From NCBI RefSeq assembly GCF_009914755.1, contig NC_060939.1: a stretch of 64,000 nucleotides of DNA; one strand, given 5' to 3'. A program made the translations under genes and the position numbers. Within the stretch, counting starts at the first letter, position 1; each line of letters starts with the position of its first letter. This DNA comes from the human T2T-CHM13v2.0 reference genome, Homo sapiens. Below the pieces are notes generated by a model. That model worked only from the letters and a program-made list of their open reading frames with translations, ran no database searches and was not told the origin of the DNA. Positions 13,901-28,700 of the stretch are shown piece after piece.

Positions 13901-15504
13901 TCCTTTAAATTTTGATAAATAAATGTTCTGAAGATCATCTATGGGGAATTCTTCCCCCTCACATAATAAGGTTGGATGCGAAGCGCAGTTTTACGCCCTG
14001 TAGCAGACTTTTTTTTTTAAATGCCCGCTCTGTTTTAGCTGCTTCCAAGTCCCAGCCTGGGATCGGCAGGTTGTGGGACAAGGATAAAGAGTGTGGTGAG
14101 TATCGGGCTACAGTTCTCAATGCTCGAGGGATAAGATTTCTTATGAAAACTGGCAGCTTTTTTGTTCTTCCTCAGCCTTTTTAACACACAGCCAGGTCTC
14201 TCTGTTCAGCTGTGCCCGCTGTGGTTGTGAGTGTACCGGGCTAAATTTATGCCGCTGACAACCCCCATTGAAGTGTCTCAGTGGCACAGAGTCAGTGGGA
14301 GTTATGTGTATATAAGCACCAGCAGACCTTGGCCCGCTGAGTGTAATAGCATATCTGGCTTGGGAGATTATGGGTATGATATGGGCCATGTGTAATGGAT
14401 AGGGCAGTCTGTGTACAAATTTCAAATGACTTGCTACACCCCTTTAGGATGGTTGCTGTCAAAAGTATTAGCACGTTACACACACAACAACCACATATCA
14501 TATTACCGGTGGCCCCTGCTCCTACAGAATGGCTCCTCCCACCTCTTGCAGTAGGTAATTGCTTCAGGGGTACCTACTGAACACATTCAAAGGAGAAAAC
14601 ACTGGTGAATTTTATTCTTTGAGCTCGACTGTTTTAATATAGAAGGAGGAAAATACCGACTGTGTTTAAATTAGCATGGACAGAAGTTCAAAGGGAATGA
14701 CGTGTAAAAGATATCTCTGGCAAGATTTAAATTTTCAACCTGATGAGAACTGGCTTTAACATACTGAAGCTGAAGCCAGGGGAGGGTTACATGGATATGC
14801 ACCTAAAAATCAAGACCTACCCTGATGGCAAAACTTCACTTGTGATGGAAACAGAAAGCTAGGAGGATGCAGAAACTTTCACATCGTGAACGGTGTCTAA
14901 AACATTTATTTTTTAATCATATATTTTTTTAATGCATCTGCCTCAGGCCTAGGAATCTACAAAAGTTGAAACAAAATGAAGATCTGATTAGGAAACACTA
15001 GCATTCCTTGGTTAAGCTCCTTTTCTTGCTAAAAGTAGACAGTATCCCCTCTCAGACTGGTGTAAGCACAAATTAAGCAGAATGCATTCTTCTTTTCTGA
15101 GTTGAGAGTAGACTTAAGTGTGTGTCTTTTCTGGTCTTCCATGATAAAAGAGGCATGATAGATTAGGTCAATAAAGACACTGATGCTATTATCGTTCACA
15201 GAAAGATTAGTGGCAAAATGACCACCAAGGAGATGGTCTGAGGTTGAATGTACACAACTTCTCTTTCCATGGTCAGGACCTCTTTTTTATAATCACGTTG
15301 AAAATCTGTTAGCATTAGGAGCCACAGCATCGACTGTAGTATCTGCTTACATGCAGGTCTAAAACACTGTGGAAACCCATTCATCATATTCTCAGTATAT
15401 TAGCACCAAATGTATTCCAGGCACAGCATTAGTCTCTGGAGCTACAGATATAAACAAGACACTACCCTCTCCTTAGGGATCTTGTTTCGATTTATTTTAT
15501 CTTC

Positions 15505-15742
15505 ATTAATAAATAGTGCATGCTATGTGCCAGGCATTAGTGTAAGTGCTTTATATATCTTAACTCATTCAATCATCAAAACAACCATACGTGATAGTTA
15601 CATTATTATCCCCATTTTAGAGATGAGGTCATTGAGGCACAGATAAGTTAATACACATAAGGCCACACACCTGGTATATTGGCAGATCCAGTACTTGAAC
15701 CCTCGCAAATCTTATTCCAGAGACCCTGCCATTAACCACTAC
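15505..15742 (-). mobile_element. MIR SINE, near full length
   Basis: atgtgccaggca...attatccccattttagagatgagg..actgaggcacaga-like core...ttaaccactac is the reverse complement of the MIR consensus. Confidence 0.85.
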
Positions 15743-16180
15743 TTATGAGTTAACTGAAGAAATAAACATGCAACTATTTTCAACATATTCACTAGTGACA
15801 CCAAAGACCCCAGAAACTCCAGAAGCCCTGGCATCTGCAATATTTAGTTCAATGACTGGGCAAAACCGTAAAAAAGAAAAAAAAATGCTAGTAAATTTGT
15901 AAAGGAACAAAATATAAAGGAGACAGATTCTAAAAGCTACCACAAAGCCAAAACAAAATGAAATTTAATGAGGATAAGTGTGAGACGTTCTTAAATGCAA
16001 TAAATCCCTTGTACAAGCCCCAGATGATTAAGATTTGACTCCAGGATATGGAGGCTCTTCCTTCATGAAAGACTCCATTTAAAGCCAATCACATGGCGCA
16101 GTGGACAGACACTGTCCCTGATGGTCATGTAACTTCTGAGTAATTTACTTGTTTTGGGACACTTCTTAAGAGACTGGCAG

Positions 16181-16515
<335 letters not shown>

Positions 16516-17650
16516 TCATATGGGGAACTGTGAACTTTAGCCACTGAAACAAAAGCAGTATATTGAGGGGCCTGAAAGTCTTCAAAGATTTAAAGGTCTA
16601 TCATATGGTAAAGGGATGAGATTTCATTATATTCCTTCTGAAGATAGAATCAGACAAAAGAGAAAGATATTTCCAATACATCAATTTTTGCTTTCATACA
16701 AAGAACAAAGCTTTCTAAAAACAAAGTTCCCCAGTAGTAGCAGCCTTGGAGAGCATGAGCCCTTCCCCTCCATCTCTCTAGTTGGCCCTGGCCAAACTGG
16801 CAGCCTTCACCCAGACCTTCTCACATTTATGTTACCTTCCTTGACTCTGCAACTCCTGAAATTCGCTCCATCTGCATCTGTTTGATCATCTGTCCATCTC
16901 CAGAACTCTGGGTTCAGTGGGAAGTTGGACCAATGCCCTCCAAACTTCCTTCCAAGCATAGGATTCCATGACTTCTTGATTCCATTATGGAGCCTTGAAT
17001 TCCAAAAACTTTTAAAAGCAGATTATCTGTTTTATAGATGGAGGAATGTCAGAGTGCTGAGTAACCAGCCAGAATGAGAGGCAATGACTCCCTCTCACAC
17101 CTAGATTCCTGTTCACACTTGAGTAACTGCTTCTACACAACCAACCTTAACATCGTTACAGAGCAACTTACTCCTAACCTTATTCTAGAAAATTGCTCTG
17201 CTCCCCAGTGGCCACTAGATCATTTAGGTGAGAGCTTACTATCATTTCTAAGTTAATTTGTGAGTTAATTGTAAATGTCAGGAAGCTCTGACATTGCAGA
17301 AAATGGTAAATTGTTGAGATAAACCAGGATCCGAAAAATCCTAAATTGAATAAAGTTTGTTTTTTGACCAGTTTTTATCAGAAATATATGTTGATTTGTG
17401 AAGGGCCTGGAATGGCATCATATTTGAGTTGCCTCAGAAGTTAGCCCTGCATTAAGTGCACACAGGATGATGGGATAAAAAGCGCTTTCCAACTCCAAGA
17501 CTCACACAATACTCCACAATCACAGCCTCTGTCATCTTTTTATCTAAATGGCTATCCAACCAACAGAGCTTGAAAAAGAACAACTGAATCTCTGCCTGTG
17601 CTTACTTCCAATTTTCTGGTCTAAGATGGTATTCAGTGTGGTTACGTTTC

Positions 17651-17942
17651 TTTTGAGACAGGGTCTCAATCTGTCACCCAGGCGGGAGTGCAGTGGTGCG
17701 ATCACAGCTCATTACAGTCTTGACCTCCCCAGCTTAAGCCATCCTCCCACCTCAGCATCCCAAGTAGCTGGGACTATAGGTGTGAGCCACCACATCTGGC
17801 TAATTTTTTTTTTTTAATTTTATGTAGAGGCAGGGTCTTACTATGTTGCCCAGGGTGATCTCCAACTCCTGGGCTCAAGTGATCCTCTCGCCTCTCCCTC
17901 CCAAAGTATTAGGATTAGAGGTGTGAACCACCACTCCCAGCC
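17651..17942 (-). mobile_element. Alu (AluJ-like)
   Basis: gagacagggtctc...ctcctgggctcaagtgatcc...; TSD-like tggttac on both sides (17639, 17944). Confidence 0.93.
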
Positions 17943-19319
17943 CTGGTTACATTTTTTTTTTTTTAACTCTAAACACATCCGCATAGCTATAGCTACAGGT
18001 AAAATCATGACTTGTCGTTTCAATACTGCTGCATTGGGCAGTCCTGCTCTTCAGGAATAGATACCTCCTATTTCTTTTCCTTGTCACTTGGTTATTTACC
18101 TCCTGTCAAGGTCAAGCCCTTAACATCAGGATTATGTTAAAAGAAAGACCAATATTTTCAAAAACTTCTGGAATTATCAGGGTTATGCAATGGAGACTGG
18201 TCTTCCTTTGTAGAGGGAGAAACATGCATCTCCATCCCAAATGGTTCAAATCTCTATCAACTTCAACTTTTGGAGTTTTGGCTAAATGTTCTAAATGTCT
18301 CCTTTTAGCCCATAATATCTGTATTTGCCACAATCTTATGTCTGATCATTCTCAGCAGCACAGTTCTCCTGGTAATAACTTCACTGTCTACCATTTGTGA
18401 CTGATTAATCCACAATGTATTGAAAATTAGAGTTAAATTGGAATGCTATGGTAATTAAGCACAAGATGGCAGGGAGCCTTTATTTTCTAACTTCTTTTAT
18501 AAATATCATTTTTGAGGAGTGGCAAGTTGAAAAGCTATATCCTGACACAGTCAATTAGACTCTTCCTGAATGACAAAACCCATGCCTTCATGGCAGGGGA
18601 TCTGTGTGCTAACTGTGTTACCTAGAAGATGATATTCAGTTCCCCATGCATTGACATTTTAGGGAAGGCAACGCAGGGCTTTCGCTACATGTAGGCTTCC
18701 TCTATCCTCAGACACACAGGTCAGAAGAGAAGTCAATGTTAGGCTGAAATTCCTGTAAATTACAATCTCCAGTTTGTGGACCAGAGCCAAAGGGCTCTTG
18801 GCTACAAAGTGTAAACAGATCATTGCTGCCTCTTAATCTGGATAATTGGTCCCAAATGCTGTTGCCACTTTTCGGATCGATGGTTTTCATACTTTTTAAA
18901 GAATCTGGAACTTTTCTCCATTGGCAGGGAAAAGTTTGAAGTATAATTCAGTCTTTTCATCGGCACTAAGGCTCCTATAAACAGCTAAGTGATTTCATTT
19001 GGGGGCCTGCAGACACAGGAGGCTTGCGGCCTACTTCGAGAGCTCCACTCCATTTTCCCATGTCCATCCCACATTCAAGCCAACCACTATGTGTTTACTT
19101 AACATGCACAGCTTCTGAAAGAGCTGAGCAGACTCGGTCACCTCTTGAAGATGTCGGTCAGATTTCAGAAGCAGGGCTATGTCTGATTCCAGCATAATGT
19201 GCTCTCATCAAAACATTCCCTAAGGGTGATGTGCTGTAATGAATTTGGCCTAAAATCAGTTGTTTTGTGACATCATCTCCTGAGCAAAATCCTGGGGACG
19301 TCATGCGAGAGAAGACAGC

Positions 19320-19480
19320 GTGGTGTTCTGGGAAGAGACCAGCCTTGGGAAGGATTCCTAGGGATACCGACTGTCTGACCCTGGGCCCCTCAAACCTTTG
19401 TTTCTCTATCTGTAAAACAGAGATAATAGTATATACCTTGTAAATTTATTATGAGGATTAAATGAGATGGTAAATATAAA
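19320..19480 (+). mobile_element. MIR SINE fragment
   Basis: tctatctgtaaaacagagataatagt...tgaggattaaatgagat. Confidence 0.7.
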
Positions 19481-20177
19481 GGTTATTACTTTTAGGGGGA
19501 CATTCCACACATTATTATTATGTAAAGCATTTTTAACTATATTTTTTAAGCCTATCTTTCTGCTTCAACCTACACAAAGAAAGGAATAAAATGTTCTTTT
19601 CCTGTGAAATCCCTGGCTTGGACTTCAGCATTCCAAGAAAATATAACTTACACAGTGGGTCTTGCGAGACAATGACAAAATCTAACACTGTTCTCTTAAT
19701 TTATTTTTCTCTTAGACCTTCCTCTTTGCCTCTTTCCAACCGCCCTAGTGACGTTTTTAGGCCATTGTTTTTCTTCTAAATACTTCTAGAACACTATTGA
19801 GTTCTCTATTAACTATTATTTGGCCAACGTTCTACTTGTCCAGTTCTTTTTATCTTCTCCTCTCACCCTGTCATTCTTGTATTTTTTTCTTTGAATTCCA
19901 CTCAGTTTATCTCTATCTCTTCAGCACTGAGGCATCCTACGTAATGTAGTTTTCCAAGTGGAAGCTCAGCAAGGACTTACAGGAGATTTGGGAAACCAAC
20001 TCCCTTCCTACTTCTGGGATAAGAAGATTAGACAAGAATGAGCTTGTCTACTTTGGCTTTCTCCATTAAATTTACTACTGTCCTCAGTCATTAAAAAATG
20101 GGAAAGCATGCCTCCCATTCACAGTCTGCAGCAGTTTGTTTTCAAACAACATTGCGAATGCATTTTCTCTAGAGAGG

Positions 20178-20428
20178 AGGTATGGCATTGTACTTAAGTA
20201 CAGAGATTCCAGAACCAGACATCTGGGGCTCAAATCACTTTTACAAGCAGTATAACCTTGGACCAGTTACGTAACTTCCCTATGCCTAGTAGTCTTTCTC
20301 ATTTGTGCAAAATGGGAGTGATAGTATTTGCCTAGTACTTTCTATGGTAAACGAAACTGAGTTAATACGTGTAAAATGCTTAAAACGGGGCCTGATTATC
20401 GTAAGCACTCAAGAAATGTGAGTTAATA
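20178..20428 (+). mobile_element. MIR SINE
   Basis: aaaatgggagtgatagta...gagttaatacgtgtaaaatgcttaaaac...gtaagcactcaagaaatgtgag. Confidence 0.75.
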
Positions 20429-22436
20429 ATATTTCATCCTCATTCTGCTTTCTAGAAAACCCTATGTATACTTAACATCCAAATGCTGCTAATTTTCCCT
20501 TTTGGACAGTCTTATGTGGTCATCTTTCCCTATACATCATTGAAAATGTGCTTTATATACTTTTCTTCCCTAATTCAGAACATTATGAAATAAAACAAGA
20601 TAAAACAGCAATTCCAAAAACATCTTCTAGTTTACTCCATGCAACCCATCATCTATTTATCATCAGCTAAAGTGGGATGAAAGTTTTATTATGAACCCAA
20701 AATGCAACCGTAGTTTACCCCAAAGTTAGTAAGTCTGGGTTAGGTTTAAGAAAACCTGGTTTGAATTTTAGGTGAACCTCCTTTCTACTCTCAAATGCCA
20801 AGAGAAGATTTACAGTTTCAGGTGGACGCCAAATGAAATTTGGTAAGTTCATCTGTGTTTTACTTTGAGTTTGTCATTTGAATGAACTCAAATTTCATAC
20901 AGCTTAATCCTCGTATTTACAGTTTTTCTGCCATTTTCACCTCACTGGATAAAAAAATTAAATAAAAATTGAGACATGCTGTTCAGTATGTGAGCAAGTT
21001 GCAACATTACAGGATGCATACATTCCTTTGTCTCAATCATAAATAATTATGGAGAAAATATCATATTATTGGTAAAATGTGCTTCAGTGAGTCAAACCAT
21101 TTTTGGAGAATATTCTTCTTTATCTACTATGATATTTATTTGCCATGCAATTCCAAACTGATCAGAAAATAATTAGCAAAATTGTCTGTTTCCATCAACG
21201 TTTAAAAATCTGCATTTTTATCAGTTTTATCCCTGACTCGGTTAAACTGTGATTTTAAAATCAAATTTGCATAATCTAAGCTTTCTTCATTTTTGCATTT
21301 CATCCCCCACAAGTCAGAAGCCCAGACTTTAAGCTAGCTAATTTCCTAAAATTATATGCTAGAGGTTTGGGAAGATTTAAGGCTAGATATTTTATGTCAA
21401 AATGATAGGTTCACAGTTCGTGATTGATGATCTTGTACATATAAATGATATATGCCCATTAGACACAGGGGCCTTCTAGGATAAGGAGCTTAAGCAAAAG
21501 TGAGCTTAGAGAAATTTCTACATCCTAAATTTGCAGAGACATGGGCAATATGCTTCCAGTTTCTGTTTTATTATAATGCAAAATAATCTGAAATAACTTA
21601 CATATGGACATGAGTATATCGATGAGCTCTGAAAAGATTATTTTGCCTAAAACTGCCTGTTTCACTACAGCAGTTAAGTAGAAGCTTTGTAGTTACATTA
21701 CACTAAATGCCTACTTTTTAATTTAACTAAACAAAGTTATATTTGGATAAAGTTTTTTCCTTTAGAAATGTATACTATATAAAATTCCCTTCAAACACCA
21801 CTACTATCTTTTCATAAGTTAACCACATTTTATACCATTTTAAAAATTAAAACCTGGAAACATAAAAGTCATTTTTTTTCTTCGAATTTGTAGTCCCAAA
21901 ACCACTGCTCATAAAAATAAGCTTTACAACATCTTTGAGAATCCAAAAGAACCCCGGTCAAGATTTTTTTGGCTAGAAAAGAAAGCAGTTTTGATATTCA
22001 AAAATTTGGCTGCTCTTAGTCAATCCCCAAAAGAGAAAAATCAGCTAATCTTAGCAAGATGGTAAATTTAAGCGATTCTGTAATCTAACGTAGTCCTAAA
22101 TCATGTTTTAAAATATGATCAAACAGTAGAGACTGGGAAAAGACAGAAACTTTAAAAATAACTCAAAATAGAAAAGTTGAACATTTCTTTAAGAGGCTTT
22201 TCTGTTTCTAAATTAAAGCATGAATAGTATCTGAAAAATAGCAGCAAAGTTTGTGCTGGCATATTCCACTTAATAGCAACAACAAATTTCACTTAATGTG
22301 TTCTACTACTGGACCATATAAAACAGTATGAAACATCAGATTTTTGTTGGTCAGATATTCTGGATGTCATCCTAGAGAACAAGCCAGCTATGGACTCAGC
22401 CATACACAGGCACTAACATTCATGGAACATATGACT

Positions 22437-22439
<3 letters not shown>

Positions 22440-22469
<30 letters not shown>
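22440..22469. repeat. (CA)15 microsatellite
   Basis: Direct reading. Confidence 0.95.
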
Positions 22470-22475
<6 letters not shown>

Positions 22476-24169
22476 CACGAAATCTGACCAGGCTCTGCTC
22501 TGGATCCTTGATAACTCTGGCATATTGTAAGCCCTGGAAAGAATTTTAATCTACATGGTTTGAAAATAGGGGCCTTTTAAATATGCCGCATACGATTTGT
22601 GATGGTCATCTCTAAAATGCGCCTCCATTATCCTTTTCCATTTTGAATGAATGAGGCTAATTAATTTCAGGCCATACTTGATGAGGTCAGCACCATACGA
22701 GGGGTGCGTGCTAGACATTGCTAATCTCTTTCAGCTGAGAGTGATGAATTAAAGATGAAGCATGCCTTTGCAGGCCTAATTTAGAATGTATATCAAAAAA
22801 CCTACAGCAAATAATACTATACCCTACAACAAAGGAAAACTTGTTCTCTCAGGCTCCCTGAGTTGTGTTGATTTTAAAGACATTTTCAGTCATCTCTGGA
22901 ATTCCAGCTGTGGATGGGTGAACCATATCAAGAAAATCAAGCCATCTCTCACACATGGCCATGTGGACAAGAAGTGGGATTAAAGGAAAGAAAGAAAACA
23001 AAAACAAAATACAACAATCTGGGTTTGATCACTTGTGTATTAAAATTCCACCTACACATTAGGCTTTTTTTTCAGAGCTACCAGACTAACAAAGATCCCA
23101 AATTAGCAATACCTGTATTCAAGCAATGACCACCCAGCTCTGCTGGGACATTTCACAGCAATGTGCTAAATGGGGCAGCCTTGTTTTTAAAGCAGATATC
23201 CTAATGAGGCTTATTAGGTTTTTCCACGTCTCTATTTTGAAAGCCAATAGAGATTGACCAGGTAGATAATGTGATACCTTTTATTATGCCAAGAAAGAAA
23301 TTGTAATACAGATGCCTCGAGGCCAAAATGTTCTTATGAAAGTTAATGCTAAGCCAGCTTCTGAGTTGGGAAAAGGGAGGTACTTGCTGATCTGAACTCT
23401 GAAGAGAAGAATGAATTAGTCATAATTTCTCAAAGATGACTATTACCTATTACAAGTCCCTAAGGGTGGCAAGGAAGGTGGTTTTGCCCAGAGACTGGGG
23501 AACATAGCTTGCAAAAAGTGTTTTCAGCCTATCTAGCAAGAGAAATCCTGACAGTTTATTCTAATGCATTGGAATTTCCAACTAACTGGTGGCACAATGG
23601 CTTCTGACTTTCTATCCCAGTAGCCCTCATTAGAACAAAGCTGCTTCGAATTAGGTCCAATCTGCATGCTGAATCAATCTTTCATCCCTTTGATTGCTTC
23701 TGAAAATATTTATATTTCTTAATAATGCACATTTTGTCTTGCAACTTCTGATTAAATCCAGACGGAGGTTCCAAAACAGGCAAGGGATATGAAAGGGTGA
23801 TTTGGGACAGGAAAACAAAAATTAAAAATACAGGTTTTTCCCATTGGGGGACCATTAGAGAATATAAATCTAGCAATTTGGGTGATGGAGGCATCAGAGG
23901 AGCATTGTAATAAATACAGATCGGAGTGTTATTGTGACTTAATGGAGATGACAGAATATTCTTATTATTGTGTGATTCTTCATCGCAGCCTCCACTATGT
24001 AACTGGTGAGTTTAATAGGTTTTATGAAAAACTATTGTGAGAGAGACCTAGAAAAATTTCATATTACAGCCAATAATAACCCAATAAAAGTATCACATCA
24101 TAAAATAGGGAAATGGTTATGATAGGGACATGATCAGATAATCTAAAGTATCTTTTGTTGAGCAAGGAG

Positions 24170-25330
24170 CATAGCGTAAGGAAGATGCTTTCAGGAGGTG
24201 AGGATTCCTGGTTTGGGGGCCAAGAGAAAGGGGTCCAGTTTCAACTGCATCACCAACCAGCTCAATGACCCTAAGTAAGTCCCCTAACCTTTACAGACCT
24301 GTTTTGTTTTTTTTCTTTTACTTGGAAAATAATGGAGGTAAGGATTTTCTTGCAAGTTTTAAATTCTATGGTTTTCTAAAGAACCATCGTTGTTTTAAGT
24401 ATTCAGTGCTCTCTGGAGTCAAGAAAAAGAAAAAGGAGACTTCCTCTAATGCTGAGTGTCCTCAAGACAGTCTCCAAGAAGCGGGAGCCATGCCCTCTCA
24501 CAGTGCACTGTGTCACGCGCCCCTACTCACCTCTGCATAGGTGGCTGTTGCTTCTCTGTTCCTCTTTTTTCCTCTTGGGCACCATAAGGGAGAGAAGCAC
24601 ACAAGTGCAATGTCCGTAGATCCATTTGACCCAACCGACTCATTTTCGAGATGAGGAAAGTAAAGGGCATAAAGGTTGAGGTCACCTACTTAGTAACTGG
24701 TAAAGCTAGAATTTAAGCCAAGGTCTCCTTATTTCCAGACCAGTGCCTATTCTGCCATGACACACTGCTGCAGAGTCTAAGGAATTTTATATTCTGAAAA
24801 GAAGTGGGGTTTCTTGTGACCCTTCAATACAATTTAAGACTTCTTGTAATTGGAAACAGGAACATAGGATAGGGCAGCAGCTTTGAATTCTGACTTCCTG
24901 GATTGGAATAATATGCCTCCACCTTACTAACAATGTGAATTTCAGGCAGGTCCTTAAACTCTGTTAAGTCTCATCCTGTTTGGTTTTCATTTTTTTTCTC
25001 TTGGATAATAGAAATAATAGCAGTAGTTACCGCAGAGAGCTGTATAGAGATTAAATAAAATAACATAAATAAATGCTTACCATAGTTCTGGTATACAGTA
25101 AATGTTAGCTGCTATTAGTATCATCATCCTCCTCTTTATTTACATAATGATGAGTGAAAAAATCCTGAAAGGAACCCAGGAGAAATAGGTTCAAATTCTG
25201 ACTGTGCTCCTATTGGCTCCATGACCTCAGTTTACTCATCAGCAAAATGGGAATGCAAAATCTCTTCTTGTACAGGACTTTAGTAAAAATCAAATGAATC
25301 ATGCATATGACCACATTTTTTAAACAGGTA
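24170..25330. mobile_element. Cluster of degraded MIR fragments in both orientations
   Basis: ctcattttcgagatgaggaaagtaa (~24640, minus); taaatgcttaccatagttctgg...gtaaatgttagctgctatta (~25070-25120, plus); cctcagtttactcatcagcaaaatggg (~25225). Confidence 0.6.
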
Positions 25331-25703
25331 GAGCCCTATAACAACACAATTGTTGATGGTTTTATCAAAACATAATTATCCCTAGGTTGGAAAGCCTCTG
25401 GATGCTCAGAGTTGGTTAATAAATAATAAAATGAGATCATGCCCCTGCTTTGCTTCTCAAATAAATCAACTTAAAAAAGAGATACCTAAAATACCATTAA
25501 ATCACAAAAGAATAAATGCATGTCCCCAAGTATCACTGCCATCTGTTGAATTCAATTTTACTGTTCTCTACTTAAACTTGCATTTCTCTCAGAATTTGAT
25601 CTTACCGGAGCATTAGAGGACTATTAGGTCACAGGGTTTAGAACAGTAAACTCACTCTCTTCTTTGCCTTCCAACTAAGAGAGAGAAAGATCTAAAAGTT
25701 AAA

Positions 25704-25724
25704 ACACACACACACACACACACA
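25704..25724. repeat. (AC)10 microsatellite
   Basis: Direct reading. Confidence 0.9.
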
Positions 25725-28700
25725 AACATTTTATGAAATGTTAAATGATGACCTCCAAGAAGCCTTCATACCCTCTCTGAAATACTGCCAACCTTTGCAA
25801 TTGACCAGCTGCTTATTGTGTATAAACTTAAAAATATATTCATTATTGAGATATAATTTTGTTTAAGCTAAAGAAGCATCAGGGGATGGGGAATTGTTTT
25901 GTACATGGGATTATTAAAGAATTGGGGCCTAAAAGTGTATGTCTATTTTAAAAAGAAATTTTCTGATTGCAGATAACTTCTCAATTTGATTTAGTGTCGA
26001 ACGATAGTGATAGGGTTGATAAGTGAGCATTCATCGGTAATTCATCTTGTGCTGGTAGAAATTTACAGCAAAGCAGTGCTTTCCCAACAGTGACAAGCCC
26101 TATTAATCTTCTTCAGACACATTTCAATAGGTGTTCCCATCTGTGGCCAACATCTAAACACTCTGGCAACACTGGCGACTTGAAGACACCTTCATTTCAA
26201 GTTACACTAGTGAAAATGTGATACTAGATTGTACTCTATTTTTTAACCTAATTCTCTCTCTTCATTCAATTAGCCTTTCTTGCCTGGATTTTTCTGCTCA
26301 TGTGTAACGTCATTTCCCAGGGAGAGCACTCAAAGATTTGGTTTCTTAGAGATGCACAATCTCCCCCAAGGTTAGCAACCAATAACTTTTTTTACAAATT
26401 AAAATTGCATAGATTCCAGTTCTGACAGTCATTGGCCTCTGATCCTGCATGTCCTTAGAAAGTAGAACCTGTTCGAATAAAGCCCACCTGTGCATCGAGA
26501 AGGCTGAGGAAAAGGGGAAGGCTATAGAATCCATTTGTGTTCATATTCAAAATGCACTTTACTATTCTGAACTATAATGTAAATTTCAGTGTGAGGGAAT
26601 GCTGGGAAAAGGAGAGACAATTAGAAGAGGGTGGTGGAAAAGAAGCCCGTAATTCGAAATATGTTTGCCCAATATATTCAGTGCATAGGATGAAATGTCT
26701 CTCCTGTCCTTTTGCATCCATTGGAGGACCTCCTGTTAGAGCGGGAAATTAAATAATCACTTTAGCAATAGATTATTTCACTTAAATTGGCTTTATTCTA
26801 CCAGCAACATGCTCTGGCTGGCTGCAAGCTCAGACTAGGTAAAAAATGTGGAGGGGTTGTTTGATTTTGGATTGCACCTAAGTGCTTTTTCTGTGACATT
26901 TTCAACCTCATAATGGGTTTGGTCTTGCAAAAAAATTGGATTTGAACAGCATTTTTCAAGTGCACTTTAGAAATCTTTCAAAAGAGAAAATTCTCTGACA
27001 CATTCTTATTCAGGAAAGGTTAGATACATCTGTATAATGGATGGACTTTTTTTTAACTTCACTGAACATTTTTGTCATATGTGATCTGAATATATATGTA
27101 TATATATATATACACACACACACATATGTTGGGGAGAGTGTGTACACATGCATGTGTGCCCCTATGTGTTACTGGTTTGTATGTGAATATACTTACATAT
27201 AATAATATAAGCATTCTCAAAAAATGTCTCCCTTCTTCCCACAAACTGTTTTTCACAATGATCATTTGAGTTTGTTGTAGAGCTCAGTAACCTTATTGTA
27301 GGTGGCAAGTTTAAATGTGCCATATTAATAACTTGTTATCCAAGACAAATTAAGTTCTTATATGTCAAAAGCACTCGGCACTGGATTATCTACAAGACAA
27401 GTATTTATTGAATAAATGTTGAGTCCAATTTCATTTTAATGTGACTGACTGTATGTTTCAGCCTCTTAGGCAGAGATAAAAAACACTCAGACCTATAACT
27501 GTGTTGCAACATTACACCTAACTTGTCTATTTCTATTATTGTCTCTTAACTTAGAATATGGAAAGAAGGCTTTTTTTTTTTTTTTTGGTTGTTGTTGTTG
27601 TTCTGAAGAGCAAAGAGAAAGATAGAAAAACGGCTGGCATTCAGCCTAAAGAGAAATCATTGAAACAAATTAATCCTATGCTGTTTAAATTGACATGGTA
27701 ATCCATCATCAGAGAAGGCAAACTCTGAAAGCAATCTAGAATCTGCCCTGCTCTTTCACTGGCCCTGGAGGCACAAAGACAGATAGTAAAGGAAGGAGGG
27801 GGGAAATCATAAAAGTTAGAAATGCCTGAGAAAAGAATAAAATTGGTGGTATCAGCTCTCACTGTCCTGCCTCTGCAAACCTCCTTTGGAAAGGAGAGGT
27901 TAACTCTCAACAGTTGCTTTCCCAACTTTCCCTCTAAGTGGTAGGTCTCTGGAGCTGAGCTCTAGTCTGCCTCCTTCTCTAGGCTGCCAGGCTGCTCACC
28001 TCAGTCTAACCATTGCCTGCCGTGTTTAAAAAGTTGACCAGCCAGGAGCTTGGCAGGACCCACAGAAACAGTTCAGTTTGCACAGAAACTTTCCCAACAT
28101 GGTAAGGGGCTCCATTTATGGGGTTTAGGATTTGGGTTTCTTTTTATTTTGTTTTGTTGTTGTTTGGGGTCTTTTGGTGGGAGAGAGTGAGAGGGAGACT
28201 TTTTCTTCATTTTTTTTCCCTCCTATCTTATTTTGTACTTGACGAAAAAGCATGTTATTGTAATTTTTAAAAGAAAACTTTTGTAACGTCCATAAAAACT
28301 TAGGCAAGACATCATGCCCTGTCACTTGTCTGTCTTTTATTTTGGAGGCTTATTTTTCAAATCTCTCTGCGCTTCAAAAATCCTGCAATGTTAAAATTTG
28401 CTTTTAAATTCAAAAAGTATATAAAACTGTAAAACTGAAGTGTCCCATCTTAGAAGATAGTTAAGGTTTTAAAAATAAAAAAATTTTAAAAACTTATTAA
28501 GAGCTCCACTGTTCAAACACACTGAATCCTAAGAATTGTTTTTTCTCTTGAGCTTAATTTATGTAATGTTTATGTGTTTTGTTTTTTAGGGGAGGAGACA
28601 TTTTACAGAACATACCTTTCTCATTATTGCCTGGACATACCAATTTGAACACAAAAGTGAATATTATTTTTTCAATTTAATAATGCATTCGACTATAAAG

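Noticed and set aside
16600-16975. Possible L3/CR1 relic
   Set aside because: Resemblance too weak to call by eye; needs RepeatMasker.
20029-20050. Hairpin tagacaag-N6-cttgtcta
   Set aside because: An 8-bp stem is within chance expectation for 64 kb.
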